NCBI GenBank assembly: GCA_965644495.1
Contig: CBFFSA010000005.1
Coordinates: 124,001 to 188,000, forward strand
Length of the DNA stretch: 64,000 bases
DNA from: Perkinsela sp. CCAP 1560/9
Lineage: Eukaryota; Protista; Euglenozoa: Kinetoplastea
Direction of reading: 5' to 3'
The notes under the pieces were generated by a model, which saw only the letters and a list, made by a program, of their open reading frames with translations, ran no database searches and was not told the DNA's origin. Every line of letters starts with the position of its first letter. The first letter of the stretch is position 1. Position numbers and translations under genes: made by a program. This document shows, piece after piece, positions 9,571-20,534 of this stretch.

Positions 9571-11517
9571 ATGGTTGCATTTAGAACCCTACTCAAACTT
9601 TCTTCTATTTTGTCAGTTTGGCACATGGATCAGATCGCCTGCCAAGGACCCCAGGAAGAATTTCGTAGCTTTGGAATCCTGGGCACTCCGTTTCCGTCGA
9701 CAAATTTACACTACGATGCAGTCTGCAAACAGTTTTGCAAAGCAATTAATTTACTCACGAAAGTACGTTGTGGATACGCAGAGCCTACTCCAGATATGAA
9801 AGGGGTGATCGTCTACTGCAAAAGTAAGTACGACGTTGAGAGAATTCATAAGCTAGGAAAAATAACCGTTGTCAATACAAAAATTCTCCTTGAACCTCTC
9901 AGTAGAACTTTCCTGGCAGAGCGGGCTACAAGATTGGTTCTCATTCGAAATCTTCCTACTGATGTATGCGCGTTTTACACCAATTATTTACTTACGACTT
10001 CCCTGCGCAACCATTCTGAGGAGAGTCTTTCAGTCTACTACAACGCTAAAAGTGTGGGCCCTGAAGGTGTAACTGTCGCAGTGCACTTTCCCGAACATGA
10101 ATTTCATAAATACAAACAGATTCAGCAAAAATTGAATCACAAAGAATTATTTGGTTGCGAAATCGAAGCAAGAATATTGAAACACGACGAATCAAACGTG
10201 AATGAAGGCTTCATTGAAAACGAAGATAGCAATATTTTGAGTAAGAAGAGTGATGCGCGGCGCGTGAACGCTATTCGAAAGAAGAAAGTACCAGAGGAAG
10301 TTTCATATGCACAAAGTCCAGTTGTCGAACTTCATATGTCACGTCCTTGCACAATGGAACAAGTAGAAGAAATTCTGGATAGCTATCCCTACTGCACGTA
10401 CAAGAAAATTGTTTCTGCAAACACTAGTTCTCTCTCTGGCCATTCTATCCCCAAGTTATCTAAAAAGCAACTTTCGAAACCTTCCGCTGGTAAATCCAAG
10501 GTTTCACGCTACCATGTATTGCTGCACGATTGGTTTACTGCTTTATTACTTCGCTCCGCATTGCTGGCACCGGCCATTAGTCCGTCATCCCTGTGCGTGA
10601 AAGACGTATCTCTTCTCGGAAATATGACTTGGGACTCAATTCCACTTTCCTCGCATGGGCTCCCAGGCTCCCACCCCAATGATAAGCGCTACATTCTTTT
10701 TCTCTCCGGACTTGAAGGTGATATGGAGGTGATAATTAATCACTCTCTTCAAAGCTTATTTTCAGGGGCCTCATCTGAGATGGAAATACGCTCCATTGGG
10801 TTAACCACACAAACAGCCTTGCTTTGTTTCGAAAGTGAGCACAGTGCTGCACTGGTACATACGTGGAGGAGACCCTCGCTTTTGGGAATGCCTTTGGAAT
10901 ACACTATGATCCCACGCGAGTATGTTCCTATGAAAATTCCTTTATCGACACCAGAAAAGCCTTTCCGTCTTCGGTTCTTTGTACAGATAAACCCATCTTC
11001 CGCGGCAACTTATACCGAGAGTGTAGGACACGACCTCCTATCCTCTCTTGCGAATTTTCTTCGTAGGCGCGTCACAGGTCCCTTGGCTGGAGGATTTCTT
11101 ACTTGCAGCTATGTTCAGGAGCGCGATTCCCATATTTTTTACGAAGACCAGAACGGGGATGAATGTCAAATATCTGAAAACCAAGATAAAACGAACTTAC
11201 GTACGTTTGAGTATAGTATTTTATTTGTGCACTCAGCGTGTCCCGACGTTGCCGCAGTGCTTTCACTCAGTTCCGACCGGAAGTCAAAGCTTTGGCGAAA
11301 TCGTGACTCTGATAATGGAGAGCTTATCTCGGGAACTACTTCGCGAAAACGGAAGGTCGGATCTGATTCGTGTGACGAAACACACCCTTTCAGCGCCACA
11401 AAACAATCATCGGATTATCCTAATGATAGTGCATCACTGCAACGGAAACCTCCACGCAGATTTAGTTGCTATTATGTACTCAACATGTACGTTCGAGGCG
11501 TAAGCGACACAATATGA
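9571..11517 (+). CDS. Hypothetical protein, possibly with degenerate RRM-like segments
   Basis: 648-aa ORF on the cluster strand. LVLIRNLP and ILFLSGLE resemble RNP2. Confidence 0.65.
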   Translation: MVAFRTLLKLSSILSVWHMDQIACQGPQEEFRSFGILGTPFPSTNLHYDAVCKQFCKAINLLTKVRCGYAEPTPDMKGVIVYCKSKYDVERIHKLGKITVVNTKILLEPLSRTFLAERATRLVLIRNLPTDVCAFYTNYLLTTSLRNHSEESLSVYYNAKSVGPEGVTVAVHFPEHEFHKYKQIQQKLNHKELFGCEIEARILKHDESNVNEGFIENEDSNILSKKSDARRVNAIRKKKVPEEVSYAQSPVVELHMSRPCTMEQVEEILDSYPYCTYKKIVSANTSSLSGHSIPKLSKKQLSKPSAGKSKVSRYHVLLHDWFTALLLRSALLAPAISPSSLCVKDVSLLGNMTWDSIPLSSHGLPGSHPNDKRYILFLSGLEGDMEVIINHSLQSLFSGASSEMEIRSIGLTTQTALLCFESEHSAALVHTWRRPSLLGMPLEYTMIPREYVPMKIPLSTPEKPFRLRFFVQINPSSAATYTESVGHDLLSSLANFLRRRVTGPLAGGFLTCSYVQERDSHIFYEDQNGDECQISENQDKTNLRTFEYSILFVHSACPDVAAVLSLSSDRKSKLWRNRDSDNGELISGTTSRKRKVGSDSCDETHPFSATKQSSDYPNDSASLQRKPPRRFSCYYVLNMYVRGVSDTI

Positions 11518-11841
11518 ATTCTTTATTCATAGTGTCCTTTGTGCTATGAATTTTTTGAAAATCGTTTCGTTGATAATATTGCATATAAAGTAATACCACG
11601 TTTTTGTGGAAGCAAGGTATAGAGTAAAAAAATAGAGTTTCATATTCTATTCTAAGTTTTGGCTTCAGCTTTTATCAGTTTGTTTTCACTAAAGTTTATG
11701 TATTAATTTACATTGTATATTGAGACTTAATGTTTTTTTAATTATAATAATAATATTTTTTAATTTCAATAATGTGAAATAATTGAAATGATAGAATTTT
11801 TCTTCTTTATATCCAATGGATGTTTTTAGACAAAAAGCCGA

Positions 11842-12945
11842 TTGAAAATTATCATTTCGGAAGTCATATCTAAGCAGGAATTACGAGATTTCCTGCATAC
11901 CTGTGTTCGGACAAATAGATGGGAACGAGCCATAGCAATCTTGAATAATCAAAATAAGCTACGACCTCGGTGTTCTGTGCTGCTTTCCGTAAAGGGACTT
12001 CTTCCGTTACTTCTTTGCAAGAATCCGTCATGCGTTACAAACCTAATATTGCAGACAAGAAATTTTATACAAGCTTACGAGGAAAGAGTTTTGTTGCATG
12101 CGTGCTCGATGTCTGGCACACGAAGCAGTCCTCCTGGAAAGCCGTATCAAGGATATGTAAATCATGCGACGATGTGCGGGTGGATATCTTCTTTGTGCTC
12201 TTACTTGCTTTTCAGTCTGTCATACATATGTCCCGATCAGGCTTTGGGTCTTGCGTGCAGACTCCAGAATCATTATCAACATTTTGGACTGAAAACATCT
12301 CCATGTCAAATTTCTCTGCAGTTCGCACTCTTAAGATCACTAGACACAAATTGCAGCCCTAAAGAAGTAACCAGGATGCTGCAAAGCTTTCCTTCAGAGA
12401 GAAAACTTCTGACTGTAGCTCTGCTTCGCCACTATTATCAGAACAATAACGTGGTAGAAACGATGGCTTTTTTTAATGACGCAAAAATGATGAAGTATGT
12501 TACATCTACTCATTATGTGTATTTAGGAGCCATAGCTCGGAGGCGTGAATATTGGATTGAGGCCTCCGAACTGATTCTAGAACACTCTGAGAAAGAAGAA
12601 ATCTCTCGTTGCCCACCATTGGCTTGTACATTAGCGCGTACTCTATATAAAGGAGGTAATTGGAACGATGCTTTGAAAATTTTGGTTACACCTTTTCAAG
12701 GAACAGTTGAAAAGTTTCTTAAAGCACTTCACTATACTTCATCTGCATCTTTCGATGGTGCCCCGCTAGCTCTTGGTGCACCTCCCTCAGATCCCATTCA
12801 CCTGCATTTACGAAATATGCTTCGCGACGCGTTACTCATATGTAACAGAATGAACCAAAATATTCTCGCCAAGAAACTAAAGATTCGCGCCCAAAATTTA
12901 CGTGTACTCGCTTCAAAAAGAGTTTTGCGGAACAACGAACAATGA
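11842..12945 (+). CDS. Hypothetical helical-repeat (PPR-like) protein; start uncertain
   Basis: 367-codon open frame with PPR-like CVRTNRWERAIAIL and KGGNWNDALKIL. The first in-frame ATG is only at 12109. Confidence 0.6.
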   Translation: MKIIISEVISKQELRDFLHTCVRTNRWERAIAILNNQNKLRPRCSVLLSVKGLLPLLLCKNPSCVTNLILQTRNFIQAYEERVLLHACSMSGTRSSPPGKPYQGYVNHATMCGWISSLCSYLLFSLSYICPDQALGLACRLQNHYQHFGLKTSPCQISLQFALLRSLDTNCSPKEVTRMLQSFPSERKLLTVALLRHYYQNNNVVETMAFFNDAKMMKYVTSTHYVYLGAIARRREYWIEASELILEHSEKEEISRCPPLACTLARTLYKGGNWNDALKILVTPFQGTVEKFLKALHYTSSASFDGAPLALGAPPSDPIHLHLRNMLRDALLICNRMNQNILAKKLKIRAQNLRVLASKRVLRNNEQ

Positions 12946-12982
12946 TCAAGCAATGATCACTGAATTCGCATTATAACTACTA

Positions 12983-13070
12983 CGGCAGACCCCCCAGTAA
13001 GAGAATAGTTTTTTGGTCAAAATAGCCAAATCTCTCTTCCTGGGGGGACATGCTTTCTTGACCAGCTTTC
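12983..13070 (+). mobile_element. Degenerate left end of the Tc2/pogo-like MITE family seen at 38669
   Basis: cccccagtaagagaat.g.ttt.ggtc.aaat.g.caaatctctctt.ctg matches 38677-38750. Confidence 0.7.
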
Positions 13071-13289
13071 TCTTTTCTGTCAACTTTCGTGACAAATTTT
13101 CCTTATTCTTGTTTTCTCAAGGCGTGTTAGAACACATATTTGGGTGGGTTTATGCTGCGAGCTTCGCATTGAAAACTACCTCCGCGTTTAACGAAGCGAC
13201 TAAAAAAGTAAATTTGGCCAGGAAAGCCGAAGAAACAGGAAGGATTTACATGTAAGCCAAAAATGATGATTCTTAGGTACAAATGGGGC

Positions 13290-14000
13290 CATTTTCGCGT
13301 ATTTGCTTTCAGAGCACTAAATCCTACATCTGCACGTCTGGAGCCAAAGCGGACGCGGTGAGAGCGGTCATTCCTCGAGTTAGTTCACCTTGTACCAGGA
13401 GTTCTGCCGGAACTTCTGTTCGCATCACTCCAACATGAGTAGAAGCTGATCGTTGCTTTTCGAGGACGCTAACTGCGTTCTCCCAGAGTGAGGCATAATC
13501 CCCGGCCTGTCAGCGAGTAGGATATACAATGTATGTTTCGACCTCCACGGTGAGTGGCGGGGAGCACACACTTCGGCAGCATGGCCAACAGAGTCCAAGC
13601 GGTTATGGTGTTTTCTTTCGCTGCGGCGCAAAGCACGTCTGAACGCACGGCGGCCCATAGTTGCCGGCATCGATACGAAACATTTTTGCAAGTGTTAATC
13701 GAGGTAATGCACACCGTGGCGAGCGATGGTAAACTGTCTATGGCGTTGTCAGCTATGTCGGATGGTAAATCCTGCACTTGTTTTGACGTGGGTATAGGCG
13801 TGTTGATACTTGGGGTACAAGAGGTGAGGTGTGAGCTCTTCTTGACTAGGTCATAGTTTTTCCTCCATGAGGGGTAACAGAACCTCGGCGGTCCACCATT
13901 CCTCGGAAATGGTTTCACTGCGTCGCAGGGCGACGTGGTTGAAAAAAGCTTGCCATTGACCTGTGTGGGACGCCTAGCTCCAGGAACACCATTCAGCCGG
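13290..14000 (-). pseudogene. CRE/SLACS-like non-LTR retrotransposon ORF remnant (region upstream of RT)
   Basis: The minus strand reads AWTLLAMLPKCVLPATHRGGR. After a frameshift it reads R*QAGDYASLWENA...LVQGELTRGMTALTASALAPD. As I recall it, this is the motif order of CRE-clade ORFs. No RT is present. Confidence 0.6.
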
Positions 14001-14283
14001 GCATTCGCGGGTCTCGCTTGGCATCAGCTTCGAGAGTGTAGTTACACTGATGCTACTCGAGTGAAGGAGAACGAAGCGTTGATCTGAGTACGACTTTTTG
14101 CCCCCCCCACGGAACACTTCCGTCTGCTTGCCGTGCAGGGTCCATCCCGTGTTGGCTTCCAGTTCTTGGGACGCTTACACAAGAACAATAAAAGCAGATA
14201 TTTTAGATTTTCCCCTACTTTCTTCAAATTTTGCACCCCCCCTTATTTAATAGTCCTTTTTCCCGAAAAGCGGTAACAATTAA

Positions 14284-14826
14284 GAGAGTTGAAACCTGTT
14301 AAGTTTTGCCGGGTTTTGCCAGGTTTTGCCAGGACACCTATTTTGGGGGGTGTCATTTTGGGAGACGTGTCACGGCTTCAAGAAGGGGTATCTTGTGAAA
14401 ACAACGGCGTAGAAAGCTAGTATAGGTCCCCAACTCTCAAACTACTACAGGTGAAACGATTTTGAAAAACTATTTTTTAAGCCATATTTTTCGTCAAGTT
14501 GACTTTTTTTTCAATTTTCTTTTCAGAAAAAACAGAACTTGGCGGCCCCGTACTGTTGATACTAGGGGGAGTCGTCCTCGAGTACGGAGGTAGAAAATGT
14601 GCGCGAAGACCTGTGCTATCCCGAAGATGTGCTATCCTTTCTGGGGGTTTATTTCGAAAAACATTTTTTTCAAAATTTTCATTTTTTGTGGCGCGAAAAT
14701 GTTATGCAGCGCACGATGGAGACCAAGTATGTTCTTCACTATTTTTGACAAAGTACTTTTCTTCGCCACGTCAATGAGGAATATGCGGGTTTTGCCAGGT
14801 TTTGCCTTTCATAGGTTTCAACCCTC
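14284..14826 (+). mobile_element. MITE family A, 543 bp, PIF/Harbinger-like
   Basis: TIR gagagttgaaacct / aggtttcaaccctc, flanked by TAA and TAT, with subterminal ggttttgcc repeats. Colinear with 27259-28238. Confidence 0.85.
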
Positions 14827-15050
14827 TATGTGGGGGGGTACAACATTTTCGAGCCCCATTAAATGTCTAAAATGCCTAGAAATACCATTTTTACTTGTCA
14901 ATAAATTTGTGAATAATAACAGGGGCGTTTACGTTTCTAGCCCCTTTTGATTTTTGATGTGAATATTTTGGATAAGAATGATATTGTGATAAGAATAATA
15001 CGTTGAGGTTCTTTTATATGTCGGACCGATTTTCAGACTAAGACTGCCAC

Positions 15051-16370
15051 ATGGGGTCAAACACTCACTTCCGGATTTCATGTCCTGGAAAAGTACTCAT
15101 TGTGGGGGGATACGCGATTCTTTATCCAGAAAACAAGGGGCTTGTACTTACCACCTCTGCTCGTTTCTACTCTGATATAACGACAAACTTGAGTCAGAAC
15201 TCAACGGGATACATTGAAATACGCTCAAGTCGCTTTGACACAGTGTACGCTATAAAGTATAATGCCAAGGGTATTATGTGGCGCGTTTCGGAGGCAACCA
15301 ATGTGTACGTGGAGTATGTGGTAACATGCATAGTAACATACGTGGTGGCATGGCATAAGCTACATGAAAAAGACGTGCCCTTGCGTTTCATTACTGTTGA
15401 TCTCAATGCGGATGACGCTTTCTACGGTGCTAGACGCGAGGTGGATCAGGAAATTTTTAAAAAAGATGGCGCTTCCTTTCACAAAACAGGAATTGGGTCA
15501 AGCGCTGCTCTAACGGCTAGCCTGACGGGCGCTCTTCTGTATACCTTCTTTCCGTCTGAAAATGAGACAAAGTTTTCAGATCGATTTCTTGAGGATGCTC
15601 ACGTTCTGGCGCAATTGGCTCATTTTCAAGCTCAAGGTGGGAAAGGAAGTGGATTTGACATATGCAGCGCAGTTTACGGGACTGGCATTTATCGGCGCTT
15701 CAGTCCTGAAATTTTCTCCGGTGTTTCATTTCGAAAGCTAGAGAGTTCGATATCATTAGAGAATTTCTTCAGATCATATCTTTGCGGCAATGTTCGACTC
15801 GATCACTACCATGAGCAAAAAAATCATGGATCTTTTTCCAGCGAAAGGGAGGATGGAAAGGACACATCTATTCACATTGTCTTAGCTCAAGCAGGAGAAG
15901 GCTCTTCCACAAGATCAATGGTACATTCTGTTATGAAGCACTTACAAGAACACCCCAACTCTACTGCATGGGCCTCTTTGGTTAAGGCAAACCACGAGTT
16001 CATGGAGCTTTGGGGGCTACTGGAGACTTCATGTTCCACTTCGTCCGAAGAAATTTGTATTCACATGCAACGCGTGTTTCGTAGAATTCGTGAAAGTCTA
16101 CGTGCTCTTGGTCTCGGTGCTAAATGTCCCGTGGAACCCTTAGAATATGAGGCCGTATTGAACTGTATATCGGATATAAAAGGCGTCATATGCGCAGGAT
16201 GCCCCGGATCAGGTGGCTACGACGCTATATTTGCAGTTGTAAAAGGTTTAGAAAATAAGCGCTTAGTACAACACTTTCTCAGTCATACTGTGGAAAATCA
16301 ATTACCTGAATTTAAAATTATTCGTGCTGATCTTGGAAACAAAGGTATTGTGATGGACAAACTGGACTAA
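15051..16370 (+). CDS. ERG8: Phosphomevalonate kinase (ERG8 type, GHMP family)
   Basis: SCPGKVLIVGGY, KTGIGSSAAL, AHFQAQGGKGSGFDI and CPGSGGYDAI. Confidence 0.93.
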   Translation: MGSNTHFRISCPGKVLIVGGYAILYPENKGLVLTTSARFYSDITTNLSQNSTGYIEIRSSRFDTVYAIKYNAKGIMWRVSEATNVYVEYVVTCIVTYVVAWHKLHEKDVPLRFITVDLNADDAFYGARREVDQEIFKKDGASFHKTGIGSSAALTASLTGALLYTFFPSENETKFSDRFLEDAHVLAQLAHFQAQGGKGSGFDICSAVYGTGIYRRFSPEIFSGVSFRKLESSISLENFFRSYLCGNVRLDHYHEQKNHGSFSSEREDGKDTSIHIVLAQAGEGSSTRSMVHSVMKHLQEHPNSTAWASLVKANHEFMELWGLLETSCSTSSEEICIHMQRVFRRIRESLRALGLGAKCPVEPLEYEAVLNCISDIKGVICAGCPGSGGYDAIFAVVKGLENKRLVQHFLSHTVENQLPEFKIIRADLGNKGIVMDKLD

Positions 16371-16727
16371 GAGGCTACACCGCGGAGCACCGCAGCCATC
16401 CGTAATACGAGAACGTTATCCTTAACGAACGAGCTTTCGGGGAATTCTTCCTCAGATTTCGAGGAATTCTTCACAGCCATAAAAAAGTATGTCAGAAAGT
16501 AATATTCTGAGCAACTACATTTTCATGAGCTTTATCCCATAGTTTCTTATTATTTAGCAATGACTATTTTATCGTATACAATATTACAGTGCAATGTAAT
16601 CATATGCAATGTTATTGTTTGGCTGAATTGTCTTGTTGATTCACCTTAATAGATGCCTTTCTTTTTATTTATCGGTTTCATATAACCATCAGAGCGGCAG
16701 GAATGGGTTAACGTGGCCGCTATTTCC

Positions 16728-18569
16728 ATGGGATCTTTTTTATCAAAAGCTACGATCACACCTTCCGAATTGTATAGCGCAAGTGCAGCGAGTACTCCCC
16801 ATGTGGAAAGGCGTCATATCAATGTAGACCTCTGCGCAGAAGAAGAAACAGACATTACAGATCCCACACTTTCTTCCACCAGAAACAACTCCCCAATAGA
16901 AATAAAAGATGCGGACCTGATCGGCAATGATTTATGCACCACACCAATAATAGGCGGAGAGGATACTTTTTATGCGTACACTACGTACGAAACCAAGTTT
17001 CAGACTAGTTTACATGCGTGCGATAACAAAGTAGATCTGATTGATAACTACCGTCAAAAACAAAAAACGGTTGACACAGTTGAAGGTAATAAACTTAATG
17101 GGGTAGAGAAGTCACTTTTTCGACATTCTAGAGTACATCCTCTTAGGGGGTCTCATACTTCTGCGTTGAATTGCCGCAGCGATACTCGTGACGACGATCT
17201 ACGAACAGAACGAACGGACCCTATCACGGGTGCCACGCCTCCTTCTAGCCCGCGATCTTCGCGTGGCTGGGCACTGCTTCGGAGTGTCGATGATCAATGC
17301 TATCCTTCTTTTTTAATCGAGAGCGACGTCTTCCGATTTGGCAGAAATGCGAATATGGAAGGTACACTGACTAAGTACCGTCAAATTAGCAGTGTACATT
17401 TTACTATTACGCGTCACAGGTGTCGTGCGAACGTAGAACCGGAAGTTGAACTGTACGACCAGAGCAGCAATGGAACGATAGTAAACAATCTTTGCATTCA
17501 CCAAGACAAGTACGTTAAGCTTCGCAACGGGGATCACATTGCTGTTGCGGTGATGGATCCGCAAAAAAAATATTTAAAATGGACCTTTTTTATTAATTCG
17601 GTTGTACACCGCGCACTACTTGAGCGGCCGCTAAGTACGAGACGATGTCGAGAGTATAAAGTAAGTGCTACCTCACTTGGAAAGGCACGCACGGTTGTAC
17701 AAGGAGAAGATGTAACGACGGGAGAGATCGTGGCCATTAAAAGAATATCGCGTTCAACTTCGAATCTTTCGAACTGTGAGCGAGAAATTTCTATCATGAC
17801 AACGCTGCATCATGATAAAATAGTAAAATACTTGGGGTGTCGTATTTTTCCAAAATATGCACTGCTCTACATGGAATGGTGCGAAGGAGGCTCTCTGAGG
17901 TCCCGTATTGATGCGAATCGTGGAAGGCACTTGCGCCCTTCTCTGCTTGCACGACATGTACAGCAATTACTGCTAGGACTTCGATACTTGCACAGTCGAG
18001 GAATATGTCACAATGATATTAAAGCATCGAATATTTTGTTTACGAAGCGAAACGAGCTAAAAATATCTGATTTTGGCCTCAGTTGGTCCAAGCACTCTAG
18101 TGTTGAGATGCCAACCTTGGGAAGCGTGCTTTGGGCGGCTCCCGAAATTCTGAGAGAGCAACCTTACAGTTTTAAAAGTGACGTCTGGTCGTTAGGGTGT
18201 ACTATTATCGAAATGCTCACAGGTTTGCTTCCCTGGAGTGAGATTTCTGATATTCTGACTTTGACTCCCTACGAGGCCAAGTGGCGCATCTTAAAAGAAA
18301 ACAGGCCCCCTTTCTACCCTTCTGATATTTTGGATACCAACGGCACCGCATTTCTTGAAAGTTGTCTAAATTTAGACCCTGGTAAAAGGCCGGAGTGCAA
18401 CACCTTGTTAAATCACTCGTGGTTAGATTTTGAGCACTGCGATGAGCCTTCTGTCAATGTTAGTCTCTCGAGCGTGGCGCTAACTTCGTCCTGGTACAGT
18501 CCAACAGGTTCTATTAGACTTGGATCAGAGTGCAGCGAAGGAATCGCATTACCTCCCTCATCTTCATGA
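16728..18569 (+). CDS. FHA-domain Ser/Thr protein kinase with STE-like catalytic domain
   Basis: FHA: FGRN..ISSVHF..SSNGT. Kinase: VAIK, HNDIKASNIL, DFG, WAAPE, SDVWSLGCT. Confidence 0.9.
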   Translation: MGSFLSKATITPSELYSASAASTPHVERRHINVDLCAEEETDITDPTLSSTRNNSPIEIKDADLIGNDLCTTPIIGGEDTFYAYTTYETKFQTSLHACDNKVDLIDNYRQKQKTVDTVEGNKLNGVEKSLFRHSRVHPLRGSHTSALNCRSDTRDDDLRTERTDPITGATPPSSPRSSRGWALLRSVDDQCYPSFLIESDVFRFGRNANMEGTLTKYRQISSVHFTITRHRCRANVEPEVELYDQSSNGTIVNNLCIHQDKYVKLRNGDHIAVAVMDPQKKYLKWTFFINSVVHRALLERPLSTRRCREYKVSATSLGKARTVVQGEDVTTGEIVAIKRISRSTSNLSNCEREISIMTTLHHDKIVKYLGCRIFPKYALLYMEWCEGGSLRSRIDANRGRHLRPSLLARHVQQLLLGLRYLHSRGICHNDIKASNILFTKRNELKISDFGLSWSKHSSVEMPTLGSVLWAAPEILREQPYSFKSDVWSLGCTIIEMLTGLLPWSEISDILTLTPYEAKWRILKENRPPFYPSDILDTNGTAFLESCLNLDPGKRPECNTLLNHSWLDFEHCDEPSVNVSLSSVALTSSWYSPTGSIRLGSECSEGIALPPSSS

Positions 18570-18791
18570 GAAACACGAAATAGTAAAGGTAAACGCTTGA
18601 TAGTAAGGTAAAAGCAATTTATTCTCATGTGCATTATTTTCAAAATAATATTTTGTGAGCTTGGGACTTCGTCCTTTTAAGGCTTCACTTCATAAGGTTT
18701 TTACTTCATTTCCTCTATCTGTGGCGGCATCTTGATTTGTTACCACCGTTTTTGATTCTTTGGATATCAATTACAACGTTTTTTTCTAGCC

Positions 18792-20297
18792 ATGAATCCA
18801 AGCACGGCATCAAATGCCTTTTCATTGGCGAAACGTTCTTTCTTATCTGGAAGTAATCGACGTATAAAAGAGCGCATGAAGAACTTGAGCACTCTACGCG
18901 CATGCTTACAACAACATCGTGACGAACTTCTTAGTGCGCTTTATAAAGACTTGCGTCGAGCTCAGAATGAAAGCGCGTTGTTAGAAATAGATTGGTGTGT
19001 CGCCGAGATCAACAGTATGCTCAAGAATCTGCACACATATTCTACACCGGAACGATTTTCGTGTTACCAAAAGCCCTTATTGAACATTCTTGACGATGTT
19101 TACATTTCTCCTCAGCCCAAAGGGGTTGTACTGATTGTTGGTCCTTGGAATTATCCGGTCCGTACCTTAATTGGGCCCCTTATTGGCGCTATTGCAGCAG
19201 GCTGCGTAACTGTGCTGAAACCTAGTGAGGTTTCTGCTCATACAACAGACTGTTTGAAAAGGATTATTTCTCATTCCTTACCTTCTGAAGTGGTACAAGT
19301 CTGTCCAGGAGACGCGCAACTTGCGGAGCAACTGGTAGACCAAAACTGGGATCATATTTTCTTTACCGGAAATAAAACTGTTGGATCTCATGTAATGATG
19401 ACGGCAGCAAAATATCTGAGCAGTGTGACACTTGAACTGGGTGGGAAGAATCCCTGTATCGTAGATTGTGGAATAGATATGGAAGTCGCGTGTCGTCGAA
19501 TCGCTTGGGGGAAATTTCTAAACGCAGGTCAAACCTGTGTTGCTCCCGATTATGTGTTGGTCCACCAAAATATGACTGAGAAATTTATACGAAATGTTAA
19601 AAAAACATGTGAGGAATTCTTCAGCAAATACGTGGAAAAGTGTCCTCACTATGGACGCATCGTTAATGTGAAACATTTTGACCGGCTTAGCCGTCTACTT
19701 CAGTGCGGAAAAGTTGTCTTTGGGGGAGATACAGATAGAGACGATCTATACATTGCACCGACCGTGATAATTGATGCCCAAGAGGGGTCAGAGCTCTGCT
19801 TTGAAGAGATATTTGGTCCTATACTACCAGTCATATCGTTTGCTTCTTGGCAAGAAGTTTTAGACATTGTACGAAAAAGAGCAAATCCATTAGCCGTGTA
19901 TCTTTTCACATCAGATGATTGTACTATAAAAATGTTTGAAGATACGGTACCTTCCGGTGCTTTAGTAGTCAATGACGTTATACTTCAGTGTGCATGTCCT
20001 CTTCTGCCATTCGGAGGTATACGCACCAGTGGAATTGGGGCATACCAAGGTAAATATTCTTTTTCCGAATTCTCTAACTATAAATCTATACTGAAACGTA
20101 CCACGAAATTAGAATTCATAAATTACCTTCGGTATCCACCCATTACCTTTAAAAAATATTTTTTCCTTTATTCGCTCCTATTTGCTGACCGTTTTCGCAA
20201 TTGGGGTAATTTAAAATACTGGCAAGGTTGCTGTGCACTTTGTCTAGCACTAATTGCGGTTTTCTGCACAAGTAAGTTACTATCTGGATTAATTTGA
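18792..20297 (+). CDS. Aldehyde dehydrogenase family 3 (fatty aldehyde dehydrogenase-like) with C-terminal hydrophobic tail
   Basis: GPWNYP, LKPSE, TLELGGKNP, NAGQTCVAPDY, EEIFGP and PFGG. Confidence 0.95.
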   Translation: MNPSTASNAFSLAKRSFLSGSNRRIKERMKNLSTLRACLQQHRDELLSALYKDLRRAQNESALLEIDWCVAEINSMLKNLHTYSTPERFSCYQKPLLNILDDVYISPQPKGVVLIVGPWNYPVRTLIGPLIGAIAAGCVTVLKPSEVSAHTTDCLKRIISHSLPSEVVQVCPGDAQLAEQLVDQNWDHIFFTGNKTVGSHVMMTAAKYLSSVTLELGGKNPCIVDCGIDMEVACRRIAWGKFLNAGQTCVAPDYVLVHQNMTEKFIRNVKKTCEEFFSKYVEKCPHYGRIVNVKHFDRLSRLLQCGKVVFGGDTDRDDLYIAPTVIIDAQEGSELCFEEIFGPILPVISFASWQEVLDIVRKRANPLAVYLFTSDDCTIKMFEDTVPSGALVVNDVILQCACPLLPFGGIRTSGIGAYQGKYSFSEFSNYKSILKRTTKLEFINYLRYPPITFKKYFFLYSLLFADRFRNWGNLKYWQGCCALCLALIAVFCTSKLLSGLI

Positions 20298-20401
20298 AAG
20301 CTACGTATTGTATCTTTGGGAATCTGAATATCTTACCTAACACATGAAGTTTTGTTAAATCTCTTTTCTAGCTACGATGTAAATTTAAACGGCACTTTCG
20401 G

Positions 20402-20534
20402 GGCGACTCATTTCTTTTTTAGGCTCTTCGTTAAACGCGGTGGTTGTTTTCAACTTAGAAGTCACTCATGCTGCGTGCTTCGCGTTGAAAACTACCACCG
20501 CGTTTAACGAAGAGCCTAAAAAAGAAAAATCGCC
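20402..20534. mobile_element. Small palindromic MITE-like element of about 130 bp; partial copy at 13151-13220
   Basis: Inverted arms tttcttttttaggctcttcgttaaacgcggtggttgttttcaac and gttgaaaactaccaccgcgtttaacgaagagcctaaaaaagaaa. Confidence 0.8.

Noticed and set aside
14499-14950. Similar ORFs at 14499-14950 and 27806-28242
   Set aside because: They are chance frames within MITE family A, and the similarity is at the DNA level.
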